Translations under genes and position numbers: made by a program
Shown: positions 63,358 through 64,000 of the stretch, piece after piece
Layout: the number at the start of each line of letters is the position of its first letter
How positions within the stretch are numbered: position 1 is the first letter of the stretch
Source: a virus
Lineage: Duplodnaviria > Caudoviricetes
Strand: one strand, 5' to 3'
IMG/VR virus record: IMGVR_UViG_3300031993_000044
Coordinates: 1-64,000 of that record
DNA: 64,000 nt
The notes under the pieces: generated by a model
The model's input: the letters and a program-made list of their open reading frames with translations, nothing else
What the model was told of the DNA's origin: nothing
Databases searched by the model: none

Positions 63358-64000
63358 TTACACGCCCCGCTTGTTTGCGTCCCAAATGAACTTGTGAATT
63401 TGCAGCTGCATCTTCACGCCGTTCAGCTTGTTTTCAATGAGGTAGTCCGCAATGTCCTTTGGCTCTATGCTTCCGAAGCACGGGCTGACAATGACGTTTG
63501 TGCGCTCCAGCAGCTTGTTTTGCTCCACGACATACTTCATAATCTGCAAGTCGCGCAAGCTGCCAACGACAAACTTCACGCAGTCCGTCTTGTTGAGGTA
63601 GTCATAGTTGCTCACCTTCATAGCCTTTTGAAGCGCGTTGCCGGCGCACTCCGTCTTGTAGTCAAGCGTGAACGCTGGCCGATAGCAGTAGGGCAGTTCT
63701 GCAAGCTCCTTGATGGGCAGACTGCCGTTTGTCTCAATCTCCACACGGTAGCCGTGTATTGTGAGCATTAAGACAAGCTCCTTCACGTTGTTTTGCAGCA
63801 GCGGCTCGCCGCCCGTCAGCGTGACGTTTTTCACGCCCTGCTGCTCCACGTACTCGAACAGTTCCCTGTCTGTCATTTCCTCGCACGCTTCGTTATTGTC
63901 GTAGCTGTACTTGCTGTCACAGTACGCACAGCGCAGGTTGCAGCCAAAGAAGCGTATAAAGACGGCAAGCTCGCCACTGTGCAAGCCCTCGCCGTTTATG
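63358..64000 (-). CDS. queE: 7-carboxy-7-deazaguanine synthase (radical SAM), 5' end outside window
   Basis: SINGEG at the window edge, FIRFFGCNLRCAYCD, TGGEPL, ETNGS, LQIHKFIW. Confidence 0.95.
   Translation of the reverse strand, partial: INGEGLHSGELAVFIRFFGCNLRCAYCDSKYSYDNNEACEEMTDRELFEYVEQQGVKNVTLTGGEPLLQNNVKELVLMLTIHGYRVEIETNGSLPIKELAELPYCYRPAFTLDYKTECAGNALQKAMKVSNYDYLNKTDCVKFVVGSLRDLQIMKYVVEQNKLLERTNVIVSPCFGSIEPKDIADYLIENKLNGVKMQLQIHKFIWDANKRGV

Noticed and set aside
1-64000. Integrase, CI/Cro repressor, replicative polymerase/helicase, tRNA, rRNA, CRISPR array
   Set aside because: None recognised; the genome continues beyond both window edges, so lifestyle cannot be concluded from absence

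Overview
The whole window reads as most of a Bacteroidota (Prevotella/Bacteroides-type) siphovirus or prophage genome, and it is cut inside genes or operons at both ends. Layout: plus-strand accessory genes (1-4.35 kb); a minus-strand late block with lysis genes, a complete diversity-generating retroelement (RT, TR, VR in a 2144-aa tail protein), tail, TMP, neck, capsid and scaffold (4.5-36.7 kb); three plus-strand early operons, each behind a copy of one conserved promoter/leader cassette (37.6-52.4 kb); an ADP-ribosylglycohydrolase/immunity operon converging on a MuF head protein that carries both a papain-like and an ADP-ribosyltransferase toxin domain (52.6-58.0 kb); then portal, intein-containing TerL, TerS and a folE-queD-queE 7-deazaguanine cluster (58.4-64 kb). 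The most unusual observation is a candidate ~100-nt minus-strand sRNA (52381-52483). It has its own Bacteroidota promoter and intrinsic terminator and is built from short modules complementary to the leaders of all three early operons and to a recurrent TAC(G/A)AC(A/T)ATG start-codon motif, suggesting a multi-target antisense regulator. No integrase, CI-like repressor, replicative helicase/polymerase, tRNA or CRISPR array was recognised in the window. All protein family calls come from motif recognition by eye, not database searches.
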